Positions 1 to 10,202 of a DNA stretch of 64,000 nucleotides are shown here, one piece after another. A program made the translations under genes and the position numbers. The stretch lies in contig CBDCXL010000001.1 of the NCBI GenBank assembly GCA_965223795.1, positions 544,001-608,000 of the forward strand. The letters run 5' to 3'. The stretch's first letter is position 1. Each line of letters starts with the position of its first letter. Below the pieces are notes generated by a model. The model had not been told where the DNA came from, searched no databases, and saw nothing but the letters and a program-made list of their open reading frames with translations. The stretch comes from Nitrospinales bacterium (lineage in GTDB: Bacteria; Nitrospinota; Nitrospinia; Nitrospinales; VA-1).

Positions 1-39
1 TTTGCATCAGCGGGTAGCATGAGAGACTGAATATTTCTT

Positions 40-120
40 TGTCACCCTGAGCCCTTCGGCAGGCTCAGGACGGGCTTGTCGAAGGGTGAACCGTCATGCT
101 TCGACAGGCTCAGCATGACA
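40..120. repeat. REP/MITE-like palindromic element
   Basis: Terminal inverted repeats TGTCACCCTGAGCC / GGCTCAGCATGACA, internal hairpins and CTTCG(G/A)CAGGCTCAG twice; related short copy at 39784-39818. Confidence 0.65.
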
Positions 121-274
121 GGCATGATACTGATGCAAAGATCTATAATCCGAATTTGCAGGTGGAATCTGTTATAATCCTAACACATTCGCGTGACGCC
201 CCCCGGCGCGATAAGGTAAACCATCGAATGATTCAACCTGACCGCCACGGTCCACCGAACTTGGATACGCACCC

Positions 275-826
275 ATGAGCAAACATCACGATGTTGTCCT
301 CCACCATCTCCAGGAATCGATCCGCCAGACCATTTTCAGCGCGCACCGCTTCGGCGGACCGATGGCCGTGGAAGTAGACTCGATGTATTACGGCCTCGGC
401 CTGGTGGTCTGCCAGGGTTTTCTGGAACGGGAGCTGGACAAGTTCCATGAGGCTCCGGAGCCGGACAAGATGCCCGCGCGCATGCCCGCTTTCACCGCAA
501 AGCCGTCGATTGCGATCATCGACTTCTGGCATTACAAGTTCGACAAAGACGGCGAATGGTACGGCTGGGACGAACTGACGAACGTCTACCGGCTGCGGCA
601 CTGCTTCGCGCCGGAAAACGGATTCTCGGCGGGCCACATCGCGAAGATCAAATCCTTCCACAAAGCCATGAACGCGGGCAAGGTCAAGGACCGGACCGGC
701 AAGACGCTGCGTCCCTATTTCGATCTGAACGGCGACAAGCCGCCACTGCTGCACATGCAGGCCGTCGAGCGTTTCACCGTGCTGACGGGTGAGCTGATCC
801 GCTGCGCGGAAAAAACCGTGTCCTGA
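275..826 (+). CDS. Hypothetical protein (183 aa)
   Basis: ATG ORF with host-like codon usage; TGnTATAAT extended -10-like site near 169-178; no recognisable motif. Confidence 0.6.
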   Translation: MSKHHDVVLHHLQESIRQTIFSAHRFGGPMAVEVDSMYYGLGLVVCQGFLERELDKFHEAPEPDKMPARMPAFTAKPSIAIIDFWHYKFDKDGEWYGWDELTNVYRLRHCFAPENGFSAGHIAKIKSFHKAMNAGKVKDRTGKTLRPYFDLNGDKPPLLHMQAVERFTVLTGELIRCAEKTVS

Positions 827-850
827 CCGCTACCGGCTTTCCACTCTCGT

Positions 851-1684
851 TCAACGCTTGACCTCCACTTTGAGGAACACGCTGCGCGCTTCCTTTCTGA
901 CCACGCGCCCGTCCTTGAGAATGCCCGTGCGCACGCGGCTGGACTGATCCGCCAGCGCGCTCACCTCGATCCATTCGCCCAGCTCGCCGCGGACCGTGGT
1001 GATCGTCTCCTGCGTCCGCACCTGCCCGGCGGAGCGGGTGGATTGAACCGGGTTGACCTCCACCGTGACGGTGGTGCCGGACAACCGGGGCAGCAGGGCC
1101 ACGCCGGTCACAGACGCACGCATTTCAGAAGAAGGCAGGGCCGCACCGCGTTGGTTGCGGACATAGTAGGTGCTGCCCAGGTGGATTTCCGCCGGCTTTC
1201 CCTCAAGCGTGGTCACGCTCTGCGTGCTCGCGGCGCTTGCGGACGAAGCACCGCGCGACACACGGCCCTGAATTTCCGCATCGCCGATCACGCCGGTGAC
1301 GCTCGTTCCTCCGGTTTCTCCGGGGGAAGGCGGCACGGAGATGCGTCCGGCATCGCCGATGGGAACATCGGCTGTGATTTCCGCCGATTCGCGCTCGAGT
1401 TCGCTTTTCACGCCCTGCCTGACGGTGACGACCAACTGGATGGGCGGAGCGTCGAGCTGGCGGACGATGTCGGCGATGGTCTTGAGGTTCTCCGCCGTGG
1501 TGCGCACCACCAGCTGGTTGCGGATGCCCGACACCCTGCCCTGGCCCGCAATGAGCGGTTCGATCACCGGCACCAGTTCGGCGGCCTGGCGATGATTGAG
1601 GGAGAAGATCTTGTTTTTCATCTGCGCCTGCGCGGCGGCAGGAAGCAGGATGATTAAAAGCAAAAGGAGTATTGTCTTTTTCAT
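851..1684 (-). CDS. Short secretin-like protein (secretin N/NolW-like domain plus reduced secretin-like C-terminus)
   Basis: Signal peptide; LNHRQAAELVPVIEPL...NQLVVRTT..LKTIADIVRQLD..PIQLVVTV; GGAGG RBS. Confidence 0.75.
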   Translation of the reverse strand: MKKTILLLLLIILLPAAAQAQMKNKIFSLNHRQAAELVPVIEPLIAGQGRVSGIRNQLVVRTTAENLKTIADIVRQLDAPPIQLVVTVRQGVKSELERESAEITADVPIGDAGRISVPPSPGETGGTSVTGVIGDAEIQGRVSRGASSASAASTQSVTTLEGKPAEIHLGSTYYVRNQRGAALPSSEMRASVTGVALLPRLSGTTVTVEVNPVQSTRSAGQVRTQETITTVRGELGEWIEVSALADQSSRVRTGILKDGRVVRKEARSVFLKVEVKR

Positions 1685-1751
1685 AGCATCCTCCGGTTGC
1701 TTCCAACTTCAATTCTTTTCAAATCCCAACAAAGCTGATACTCAATTTTTT

Positions 1752-2252
1752 TTATACGGGAATTCCCCTGTCTACTGCGGCCGGCAGCATTCCTGAGATT
1801 TGTATCTGCGGATTGCCTTGCTCTAGTTCAACCAGAAAATCGTATTGTGCCTTTATTTTCTCCATGAGTTTTACGGACTCAACCTGATTGACAGGATTGA
1901 ACGCAGGTTGAACCCGTGTGTTCGTAGGTCGAAAATGAACGGGCAAAATACAGCCTTGAATAAAAAGATTGGGAGCAGCGCGGTGCACCTGAATATTTTC
2001 ACGATGTCCTGTTCCCAACAGTTCCAGCCGCCAACCTTTTGGTTCATTCTTCCTTATTTTTAAATCATAAAATCCGGTGCGTATTCTGCTTACATCGTTT
2101 CTCGATCGACCCGCCTGATCTGGCAACCAGGGAAGTTCGTAGCTGTAGCAAAGATATTCCCAGCCCGTTGGAATAGATCTGAGGTACATTTGCCCCCAGC
2201 GGTTGTCTCCCATCCATTCTTCACGTCTCACACTCAATAAGGGCCATCCCAT
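1752..2252 (-). CDS. DUF5675-like protein (putative His/Cys catalytic, often phage-associated)
   Basis: YSYELPW...SRIRTGFY...NIQVH...QGCILP; GAGGAGG RBS before ATG 2252; AT-richer than flanks. Confidence 0.6.
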   Translation of the reverse strand: MGWPLLSVRREEWMGDNRWGQMYLRSIPTGWEYLCYSYELPWLPDQAGRSRNDVSRIRTGFYDLKIRKNEPKGWRLELLGTGHRENIQVHRAAPNLFIQGCILPVHFRPTNTRVQPAFNPVNQVESVKLMEKIKAQYDFLVELEQGNPQIQISGMLPAAVDRGIPV

Positions 2253-2367
2253 GAGGCACCTCCTCAAATCGATATTTCGATACGAGGATCATAGCATTTC
2301 GGAAGTACGAAATAACCCAAAACGCGCGTTTAATGGCTATTTTATAAAAGAAATAATGAATAGAGAC

Positions 2368-5040
2368 TCAATGCACCTCGTTCCAGTTGTCGCCCCAGCC
2401 CATGTCGACGACCAGCGGGACGGAGAATTTGTAGACGCCTTCCATTTCCTGTTTCACCAGATCCTGTATCGCCTTTTTCTCGCCCACGGGGCACTCGAAC
2501 ACCAGCTCGTCGTGCACCTGCAGGATCATGCGCGACTTCATCTTATTCCTGGCGAGCTTCTTGGACAGGCTGATCATCGCCATCTTGATGAGATCGGCGG
2601 CGCTGCCCTGAATCGGCGAGTTGATGGCGATGCGCTCCGCCGCTTCGCGCACCTGCCGGTTCTTGCTGTTGATGTCGGGCAGGCTGCGGCGCCGGTTCAT
2701 CAGGGTGGTCGTGTATCCTTTTTGGCGCGCCTGTTCGATGACGCTCTCCATGTAGGTCTTGACGTTCTTGTACAGTGCGAAGTACCGGTCGATGAAGTCG
2801 CGCGCCTCTTTGGGCGTGATCTTGAGCTGCCTCGATAGCCCGAAGGCGCTGAGTCCGTACACGATGCCGAAATTCACCGCCTTGGCCATGCGGCGGTGTT
2901 CCGGATCGACCGCGTCCAGGGCGGTGCCGAAGATCTCCGCCGCGGTGCGGTTGTGGATGTCCTCGCCCTTTTTGAACGCCTCGATCAGCGCCGCGTCCTC
3001 GGACAGGTGCGCCAGGATGCGCAGCTCGATCTGGGAATAGTCCGCCGACAGCAGCTTGCCCTTGCCTTCGGAGATGAAGGCCTTGCGGATCTCCTTGCCC
3101 ATGTCGGAGCGGATGGGGATGTTCTGCAGATTGGGATCGCTGCTGCTCAAACGCCCCGTGGCCGCGACGGTCTGGTTGAAGGAGGTGTGCACGCGCCCGG
3201 TCCTGGCGTAAATTTCCTGCGGCAGCGTGTCCACATAGGTCGATTTCAATTTGCCGAGCTGGCGGTAGGCCAGGATCTTGTCCGGCAGTTCGTGCTGCAA
3301 CGCCAGCTCCTCCAGCACGGAAACATCGGTGGAGTAGCCGGTCTTGGTTTTCTTGACCACCGGCAGCTTGAGTTTTTCAAACAGGATCACCGAAAGCTGC
3401 TTGGGCGAATTGATGTTGAAACTCTCCCCGGCCAGCGAATGGATTTCGTGCTCGTATTCTTCGAGCTGCTGGCTCATTTTTTTCGACAGCGCGGCGAGGT
3501 GCTTCTTGTCGAGGAACACGCCGTTCATCTCCATCTCGGCCAGAACCTCGAGCAGCGGCATCTCGATGGTGTCGTACAGTTCGCGCAGCTCGCCTTTGAG
3601 CTGCGGGGAGAGTTTTTTGTACAGCCTCCAGGTGATGTCCGAATCCTCGGCGGCGTATTCGGTGGCCCGGTCGATCTCGACTTCGTCGAAGCCGATCTCC
3701 TTCTGGCCGGTTCCCGCGACCTCCTTATAGGTGATGGTCTTGTGGTTGAAGTTTTCCCACGCGAGGTCGTCGAGGTTGTGGCCGCGGCGGGACGGATCGA
3801 GAACGTAGGACGCCAGCATGGTGTCGAACGCAATGCCCTTGAGATCGACGCCTTCGTTCTTGAGCACGATGAGATCGTATTTGATGTTGTGGCCGACTTT
3901 TTTAATCTTCGGATTTTCCAGCACCGGCCTGAGCGCTTCGAGCGCCTTTTTCTTGTCGAGCTGCTCGGGCACGCCCAGGTAGCGGTGCGCCACGGGCAGG
4001 TAGCACGCCTCGCCTTCCTTCCAGGAAAAGGAGATGCCCACCGTTTCGGCCTGGACCGGGTGGATGCTGGTGGTTTCCAGATCGAGCGCGAACTCCCCGG
4101 CTTTCTTGAGATCCTGGATACACTTTTTCAGCGCCGCTTCGGTGAGAAGGGTCTCATAGCTGTGATCCGCCCGTTTGGGCTCACTCGCGGTTTCGGGCAG
4201 CAGGGAGGTGAACTCCAGCTCGGTGAACAGCTTGGTCAGCGCTTCCGTGTCCGCCTCGCGGGCCTTGAGATCGTCGAGCTTGCAGTCGAGCTTGACCGCC
4301 GTGTCGATGGTCACCAGCTTGCGGCTCAGCATCGCGTTGTCTTTGTCGGATTCCAGTTTTTCCTTGAGTTTTTTCTTGTCGATCTCATCGAGCTTTTTAT
4401 ACAGCCCGTCGATCGAACCGTATTTCTGGATCAGTTCGGTGGCGGTCTTGGGCCCCACGCCCTTGACGCCGGGAATGTGGTCGCTGGAGTCGCCCATGAG
4501 ACCCATCACCTCGATGACCTTGGCGGGAGCGACGCCGAATTTCTCCTCGACCTCCTTTTTGCGGAACGTCTTGTCCTTCATGGTGTCGAGCATGCGCACG
4601 CTGGGGCCGATGAGCTGCATCATGTCCTTGTCGCCGCTCACGATCACCACGTCCATGCCCTCATCCTTGCCCATGCGGGCGAGGGTGCCGATGATGTCGT
4701 CGGCCTCGATGCCGGGAATGCGCAGGCTGACGATGTTGTGCGCCTCCACCAGCGGCTCGAAATACGGGAACTGCTGGCCCAGATCCTCGGGCGGCACGTC
4801 GCGGTTGGCCTTGTAATCCGGGTACATCTCGTGGCGGAAGGTCTTTTCCTTGCTGTCGAAAGCGACGGCCAGGTAATCCGGCTTCTCCTCGCGCACCACC
4901 TTGGTGAGCATGTTGACGAAGCCGAACAGCGCGTTGGTGGGCAGCCCCTTGGAGTTGGACAGGTTTTGACGGATGCCGTAATACGCGCGGAATATGTAGG
5001 AGGAACCGTCGATGAGGTAAAGCGTCGGTTTTGCGGTCAT
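2368..5040 (-). CDS. polA: DNA polymerase I
   Basis: 5'-3' exo LYLIDGSSYIFRAY, 3'-5' exo ALDLETT, polymerase motifs DYSQIELR, KAVNFGIVYG, QVHDELV; start probably ATG 5040. Confidence 0.98.
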   Translation of the reverse strand: MTAKPTLYLIDGSSYIFRAYYGIRQNLSNSKGLPTNALFGFVNMLTKVVREEKPDYLAVAFDSKEKTFRHEMYPDYKANRDVPPEDLGQQFPYFEPLVEAHNIVSLRIPGIEADDIIGTLARMGKDEGMDVVIVSGDKDMMQLIGPSVRMLDTMKDKTFRKKEVEEKFGVAPAKVIEVMGLMGDSSDHIPGVKGVGPKTATELIQKYGSIDGLYKKLDEIDKKKLKEKLESDKDNAMLSRKLVTIDTAVKLDCKLDDLKAREADTEALTKLFTELEFTSLLPETASEPKRADHSYETLLTEAALKKCIQDLKKAGEFALDLETTSIHPVQAETVGISFSWKEGEACYLPVAHRYLGVPEQLDKKKALEALRPVLENPKIKKVGHNIKYDLIVLKNEGVDLKGIAFDTMLASYVLDPSRRGHNLDDLAWENFNHKTITYKEVAGTGQKEIGFDEVEIDRATEYAAEDSDITWRLYKKLSPQLKGELRELYDTIEMPLLEVLAEMEMNGVFLDKKHLAALSKKMSQQLEEYEHEIHSLAGESFNINSPKQLSVILFEKLKLPVVKKTKTGYSTDVSVLEELALQHELPDKILAYRQLGKLKSTYVDTLPQEIYARTGRVHTSFNQTVAATGRLSSSDPNLQNIPIRSDMGKEIRKAFISEGKGKLLSADYSQIELRILAHLSEDAALIEAFKKGEDIHNRTAAEIFGTALDAVDPEHRRMAKAVNFGIVYGLSAFGLSRQLKITPKEARDFIDRYFALYKNVKTYMESVIEQARQKGYTTTLMNRRRSLPDINSKNRQVREAAERIAINSPIQGSAADLIKMAMISLSKKLARNKMKSRMILQVHDELVFECPVGEKKAIQDLVKQEMEGVYKFSVPLVVDMGWGDNWNEVH

Positions 5041-5185
5041 GGCCTCGTTTCGGACCGGAGGCAGGGGGGAATCCCTTAAATCCGGGGATCTCATTATAGG
5101 GGCGGCGCGTTGCCGGATTCAACGAATTATGCTATCATGGCGTTTGGAAACTGGCCAAAAACTATTGTAATTAAAGGGGTATTCT

Positions 5186-6202
5186 TTGAACCGCCGAAGC
5201 GCGCACGCACTCAAGCCCACCGACAAACAAAAGCAGGACCTCTCTCTCATGGAGCGGGCCCGGCAGGTGCTCAAGGTCGAAAGCGAGGCCATCGCGGATC
5301 TGATCGATCGCATCGAAACGTCGTTCGCCGAGGTGGTGCACGCGCTCGACCGCTGCGAAGGGCACATCGTCGTCACCGGCATCGGCAAATCCGGCCTGAT
5401 CGGCGCCAAGATCGCGGCGACGTTTTCCAGCATCGGGCTGCCGGCGGTGTTTTTGCACGCCGCCGAGGCGAGCCACGGGGACGTGGGCGTGCTGGCGCCG
5501 GGGGACCTGGTGATGGCCATCTCCAACAGCGGCGAGACCGAGGAGATCGTCCGGCTGCTGCCGCGGCTCAACCGCACGCGCTGCCTGCTGGTGGGGCTGA
5601 TCGGCAATCCCGATTCCACGCTGGCGCGGCGCTGCGACTTTGTGCTCAACACGTCGGTGAAAGCGGAGGCCTGCTCGATGGGGCTGGTGCCCACGGCAAG
5701 CACCACCGCCGCCCTGGCCATGGGCGACGCGCTGGCGATGGCGCTGCTGGATCTGCGCGGCCTGCGTGAGGAGGATTTCGCGCTCAACCATCCCGGTGGC
5801 AGCCTGGGCCGCAAGCTGCTGATGACGGTGGCGGACCTGATGCACCGGGGCAACGCCATTCCGAAAGTCGCCGAAAACGCCAATGTATTCGACGTGCTCA
5901 AGGAGATGAGCGGCAAACGCCTGGGCACGACCTGCGTGGTGGATGCCGGGGGACACCTCAAGGGGGTCATCACGGACGGCGATCTCAGGCGTCTGATCGA
6001 GCGGAAAAAAGATATCTCCCAAGCCACCGCCTGTGATTTAATGGGGGCCGATCCCAAGTGCATCGGCAAAGAGGCCCTCGCCGCGAAGGCGGTGGAGGTC
6101 ATGCAAACGCATTCCATCACCGCTCTGGTGGTTTCGGAAGACAGGAAAACGATCGACGGCATCATCCACCTGCACGATCTGTTGAAAGCCGGCATCGTCT
6201 GA
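5186..6202 (+). CDS. kdsD: KpsF/GutQ-family arabinose-5-phosphate isomerase (SIS + 2 CBS)
   Basis: VTGIGKSG, HGDVG, PTASTT, NHPGGSLG, C-terminal CBS pair; alternative start ATG 5249. Confidence 0.93.
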   Translation: MNRRSAHALKPTDKQKQDLSLMERARQVLKVESEAIADLIDRIETSFAEVVHALDRCEGHIVVTGIGKSGLIGAKIAATFSSIGLPAVFLHAAEASHGDVGVLAPGDLVMAISNSGETEEIVRLLPRLNRTRCLLVGLIGNPDSTLARRCDFVLNTSVKAEACSMGLVPTASTTAALAMGDALAMALLDLRGLREEDFALNHPGGSLGRKLLMTVADLMHRGNAIPKVAENANVFDVLKEMSGKRLGTTCVVDAGGHLKGVITDGDLRRLIERKKDISQATACDLMGADPKCIGKEALAAKAVEVMQTHSITALVVSEDRKTIDGIIHLHDLLKAGIV

Positions 6203-6280
6203 TATCCGCAATGCGCCCTCCCCTCTTTGGATCCGAATTGCCTCCGGGTCTTTTGATTTTTCTCTAAGAAATGGAAGTGA

Positions 6281-8917
6281 ATGAACGGCAACGAACTGAG
6301 AAAGAAATTTCTGGAATACTTTGAAGCGCAGAACCACACCGTGGTGCCCAGCGGTTCGCTGGTGCCGAAAAACGATCCGACGCTGCTGTTCACCAACGCG
6401 GGGATGGTTCCGTTCAAGAACGTGTTCCTGGGTGAGGAGAAACGCGGCTACACGCGCGCGGTCTCGGTGCAGAAGTGCGTCCGCGCGGGCGGCAAGCACA
6501 ACGACCTGGAGATGGTGGGACACACGGCGCGGCACCACACGTTTTTCGAAATGCTGGGCAATTTCTCGTTCGGCGATTATTTCAAGAAGGACGCGATCCG
6601 CTTCGGCTGGGAATTTCTCACCGAGGTGATCGGCCTGCCGGCGGACCGCCTGTACATTTCTGTCTTTAAAGACGACGACGAGGCGTTCGCCCACTGGGAA
6701 AAAGACATCGGCCTGGCCAAAGAGCGGATCTTCCGGCTGGGTGAAAAAGACAATTTCTGGGCGATGGGCAACACCGGCCCCTGCGGCCCCTGCTCGGAGA
6801 TCTACATCGACCAGGGAGAAGAAGCCGGCTGCGGCAAACCGGACTGCACGGTGGGCTGCGACTGCGACCGCTACCTGGAAATCTGGAATCTGGTGTTCAT
6901 GCAGTTCGACCGCGACGAGTCCGGCACAATGACGCCGCTGCCCAATCCCTGCATCGACACGGGCATGGGCCTGGAACGGCTCGCCGCCGTGGTGCAGGGA
7001 CACCTGACCAACTACCACAGCGATCTTCTGATGGGGCTGATCGAAGAAGTCAGCCGCGTCACGGGCAAGCCTTACGGCAGCGGCAGCGCCGACGACGTGT
7101 CGATCCGGGTGATCACCGACCATGCGCGCGCCTCGGCGTTTCTGGTCGGCGACGGTGTGCTGCCCTCCAACGAGGGCCGCGGCTACGTGCTGCGCCGCAT
7201 CCTGCGCCGTGCGCTGCGCCACGGCAAATTGCTGCAGCAGAACCAGCCGTTCTTCTACAAGATCACCGACAAGGTGATCCAGGACTACAGGGCCGTGTAT
7301 CCGGAGCTGGAGGTCAATGCCGGCTTTATCCAGAAAGTGGTGATGAACGAGGAGGAGAATTTCAGCAACACGCTCAACATGGGCTTTCAGCGGCTGGAGG
7401 AGATCGCCGGGAAACTGAAAAAGGAAAACTCCAGCGTCATTTCCGGCGAGGACGTGTTCAAGCTGTACGACACCTTCGGCTTTCCGGTCGATCTGGTGCA
7501 GGAGACGGCGAAGGACTGGGGCCTCGAACTCGACATGGCCGGATTCGATGCGGCGATGAACTCGCAGAAGGAAAAGGCAATGGCTTCCTGGAAGGGTTCC
7601 GGGGAAAAAGAGGTCGCGCCGTTTTTCAAGGAATTCGTCAACAACCACCCGCCCACCGGCTTCACCGGGTACGGCGGCACGCACGGCGACGGCACGGTGC
7701 TGGCCATCCTGAAAAACCATAATCCGGTGGAACGCGCCCAGGCGGGCGATGAGGTGGAGCTGGTGCTGGACAGGACGCCTTTTTACGGCGAATCGGGCGG
7801 CCAGGTGGGGGACAAGGGTCTGGCCTACAACGACCGCGTGCAGATGGAGGTCCTCGACGCCACCAGACCGGTGGCGGACCTGATCGTCCACAAGGTCAAG
7901 GTAACGAGCGGTTCGGTCCAAACGTCGGACCGGCTGACGCTGGAAGTGAACCCGGAAAGCCGCGCCGACACGGCGCTCAACCACACGGCGACGCACCTGC
8001 TGCACGCGGCGCTGCACGAGGTGCTGGGCGATCACGTCAAGCAGGCGGGGTCGCTGGTGGAGCCGGACCGGCTGCGCTTCGACTACACGCATTTTTCCCC
8101 GCTCAGCGAACGCGAGCGGGCGCGCATCGAAAGCCTGGTGAACGAAAAGATCCGCGAGAACATCGCCGTCGGCACGCAGGAGATGAGCATCGACGATGCG
8201 CTGAAAGAAGGCGCTGTGGCGCTGTTCGGCGAGAAGTACGGCGACGCGGTGCGCGTGGTGTCGGTGCCGGGATTCAGCAAGGAGCTGTGCGGCGGCACGC
8301 ACATCAACGCCACGGGCGACATCGGCCTGTTCAAGATCACCTACGAAGGCGGCATCGCTTCGGGCGTGCGGCGCATCGAGGCGGTGACGGGAAGGAAAGC
8401 CTATGAGACGGTGCAGAAGGGATTCGAGACGCTGGGATCCCTGCGCTCGCTGCTCAAGGCGCAGCCGGAAGAGGAACTGGCGCGTGTCAAAAAGCTGCTC
8501 GACAAAAACCGTGAGATGGAAAAGGAAATCGCCGGGCTCAAGGAAAAACTGGTGAGCGGCAAGGGAGCGGCTGACGCGGATGAGATCAAAAAGATCGGCG
8601 ACGTGTCCCTGCTGGTGAAGAAAGTCGACGGCATGGACGCCAAAACCCTGCGCGCCTTCATCGACAACGCGAAAAACCGCATCCGTTCCGGCGTGGTGGT
8701 GGTCGGCACTGCCTCCAACGGCAAGGTGATGCTGGCCGCGGGCGTCACCAAGGACCTGACGGACCGGTTCGAGGCGGGCAAGATCATCAAGGAAATCGCG
8801 GCCATCGTCGGCGGCAGCGGCGGCGGCCGTGCGGACATGGCGCAGGCGGGCGGCACCAAGACGGAAAAGATCGACGAGGCGCTGGCGAAAGCGGAGGAGT
8901 ATCTGCGCAGCCACTGA
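6281..8917 (+). CDS. alaS: Alanine--tRNA ligase
   Basis: LLFTNAGM, RHHTFFEMLGNFS, DTGMGLER, HTATHLLH, ELCGGTH, GGGGRADMAQAGG. Confidence 0.99.
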   Translation: MNGNELRKKFLEYFEAQNHTVVPSGSLVPKNDPTLLFTNAGMVPFKNVFLGEEKRGYTRAVSVQKCVRAGGKHNDLEMVGHTARHHTFFEMLGNFSFGDYFKKDAIRFGWEFLTEVIGLPADRLYISVFKDDDEAFAHWEKDIGLAKERIFRLGEKDNFWAMGNTGPCGPCSEIYIDQGEEAGCGKPDCTVGCDCDRYLEIWNLVFMQFDRDESGTMTPLPNPCIDTGMGLERLAAVVQGHLTNYHSDLLMGLIEEVSRVTGKPYGSGSADDVSIRVITDHARASAFLVGDGVLPSNEGRGYVLRRILRRALRHGKLLQQNQPFFYKITDKVIQDYRAVYPELEVNAGFIQKVVMNEEENFSNTLNMGFQRLEEIAGKLKKENSSVISGEDVFKLYDTFGFPVDLVQETAKDWGLELDMAGFDAAMNSQKEKAMASWKGSGEKEVAPFFKEFVNNHPPTGFTGYGGTHGDGTVLAILKNHNPVERAQAGDEVELVLDRTPFYGESGGQVGDKGLAYNDRVQMEVLDATRPVADLIVHKVKVTSGSVQTSDRLTLEVNPESRADTALNHTATHLLHAALHEVLGDHVKQAGSLVEPDRLRFDYTHFSPLSERERARIESLVNEKIRENIAVGTQEMSIDDALKEGAVALFGEKYGDAVRVVSVPGFSKELCGGTHINATGDIGLFKITYEGGIASGVRRIEAVTGRKAYETVQKGFETLGSLRSLLKAQPEEELARVKKLLDKNREMEKEIAGLKEKLVSGKGAADADEIKKIGDVSLLVKKVDGMDAKTLRAFIDNAKNRIRSGVVVVGTASNGKVMLAAGVTKDLTDRFEAGKIIKEIAAIVGGSGGGRADMAQAGGTKTEKIDEALAKAEEYLRSH

Positions 8918-9044
8918 CCGTTCCGCAGCCGGAAACGCCGGATGGATTTACCGTTGCAGACGGGCAGGAAGTCCGCTACTCTGAGGCATTATCGGGAAAA
9001 GACATATTCAAACCGGCGCCGGTACAGGCCGGGAGGACACAATC

Positions 9045-9392
9045 ATGGATGCGAGCAAACGCGAAGCACTGGAAAAAGTCTGGAAGCCGATCGCCGCCAA
9101 AGCGGTGACCGATGAGGAATTCAAAAAAAAGCTGGTGGCCGATCCGATCGGGGTGATGGTCGAGAACGGCCTGACTCTGCCGGAGGGAACGGAAATGAAA
9201 GTCGGCGCGGGCAACCTGCAGACCATCCCGATCCCCTCCAACGCCTCGGAAGAAATCAAAGAGGAAGTGAGCTGGTGGATGTGGCGGCTCAACAGCATTC
9301 GGGAACTGGGCGATGAACTGCCCCAAAAAAGCGTTGGGCACATCACAATGAGTTCGCAGGAAGCGGACGACGACACTTCGGGAGTGTACTGA
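9045..9392 (+). CDS. NHLP (nitrile-hydratase-like leader) domain protein
   Basis: VWKPIAAKAVTDEEFKKKLVADPIGVMVENGLTLPEG matches the NHLP leader pattern; GGAGG RBS; no Gly-Gly site seen. Confidence 0.65.
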   Translation: MDASKREALEKVWKPIAAKAVTDEEFKKKLVADPIGVMVENGLTLPEGTEMKVGAGNLQTIPIPSNASEEIKEEVSWWMWRLNSIRELGDELPQKSVGHITMSSQEADDDTSGVY

Positions 9393-9485
9393 ACCCGCAA
9401 CCCTTTCCCCCTTCGGCGCGAACTGGGTGAAGGGGAACCCGCCCGCGGCCCTGCCCCGTGGGTTCTGCTTACAAATTCGAAACAC

Positions 9486-9562
9486 GCGCCCGTAGCTCAG
9501 CTGGATAGAGTGACGGATTCCGGTTCCGTAGGTCGGAGGTTCGACTCCTCTCGGGCGTGCCA
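9486..9562 (+). tRNA. tRNA-Arg (anticodon CCG)
   Basis: Cloverleaf: GCGCCCG acceptor, GCTC/GAGT D-arm, ACGGA-TTCCGGT-TCCGT anticodon arm, GGAGG-TTCGACT-CCTCT T-arm, encoded CCA. Confidence 0.97.
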
Positions 9563-9568
9563 TTTAAG

Positions 9569-9605
9569 AACAAGGGGTTGGCCGACATCGGTCGGCCCCT
9601 TGTTT
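9569..9605 (+). terminator. Hairpin/terminator after tRNA
   Basis: AACAAGGGGTTGGCCGAC-ATCGGTCGGCCCCTTGTT inverted repeat followed by T-rich sequence. Confidence 0.6.
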
Positions 9606-9621
9606 CGTTTATAAAGAATAG

Positions 9622-9643
9622 ATTCCCCACCTATTCCCCACCT
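9622..9643. repeat. 11-bp tandem direct repeat, candidate integrase arm-type site
   Basis: ATTCCCCACCT x2, ~55 bp inside the left att. Confidence 0.5.
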
Positions 9644-9659
9644 TTTGAGCGGCCGGACA

Positions 9660-10202
9660 ATGAATGAAAAAAATATTGTGATCATTGGTTGGTTCCTTGC
9701 CGGCATTACAGCTCTGACGGCACCTCTTGTTCAAGTTTTTGGTCCGGAAATAAGAGATTTAGTTTTAAGACCAGAAGCTCAAGTGTTTTTAAGAGAGAAA
9801 AATCCAAAGGAAATTAATAAATTATTAAATAACCTTCACCCCTTGCAAAGGGAATCATTTATAAATGAAAATTTTTTAAACCGGTGGGTTAATTGGGCAG
9901 GTGAGGTAAAACAGATATCTAAATCCCGTAATGGGAGTTATTTTGTTTTAGCTAATTATTCAAAGCCCTGGGAATTGGCAGTCTGGCTTGAATTTGATGA
10001 ATCATGGAGACCAAAACTTGAAGCCTTGCGATTGGGTGACCTCATTAATTACAAAGGTAAAATTTCACGCATTGATTTAATTCCTCTTTATATGAGTTTA
10101 ACCAATGTTGATTTTGAATTATTACCTCTCCCTTCCTTAAAAGATAAATTACCTAATGACGAGCCCGGCGATACCGAAGAAAAGGTGGTAATCGCTCCGT
10201 AA
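9660..10202 (+). CDS. Membrane-anchored hypothetical protein, possible OB-fold
   Basis: N-terminal hydrophobic helix; RWVNWAGEVKQI...LRLGDLINYKGKI pattern; AT-rich. Confidence 0.55.
   Translation: MNEKNIVIIGWFLAGITALTAPLVQVFGPEIRDLVLRPEAQVFLREKNPKEINKLLNNLHPLQRESFINENFLNRWVNWAGEVKQISKSRNGSYFVLANYSKPWELAVWLEFDESWRPKLEALRLGDLINYKGKISRIDLIPLYMSLTNVDFELLPLPSLKDKLPNDEPGDTEEKVVIAP

Noticed and set aside
2896..8914. Long antisense ORFs (727 aa opposite polA, 958 aa opposite alaS) and similar shadows elsewhere
   Set aside because: Expected mirror ORFs of GC-rich coding genes; no motifs
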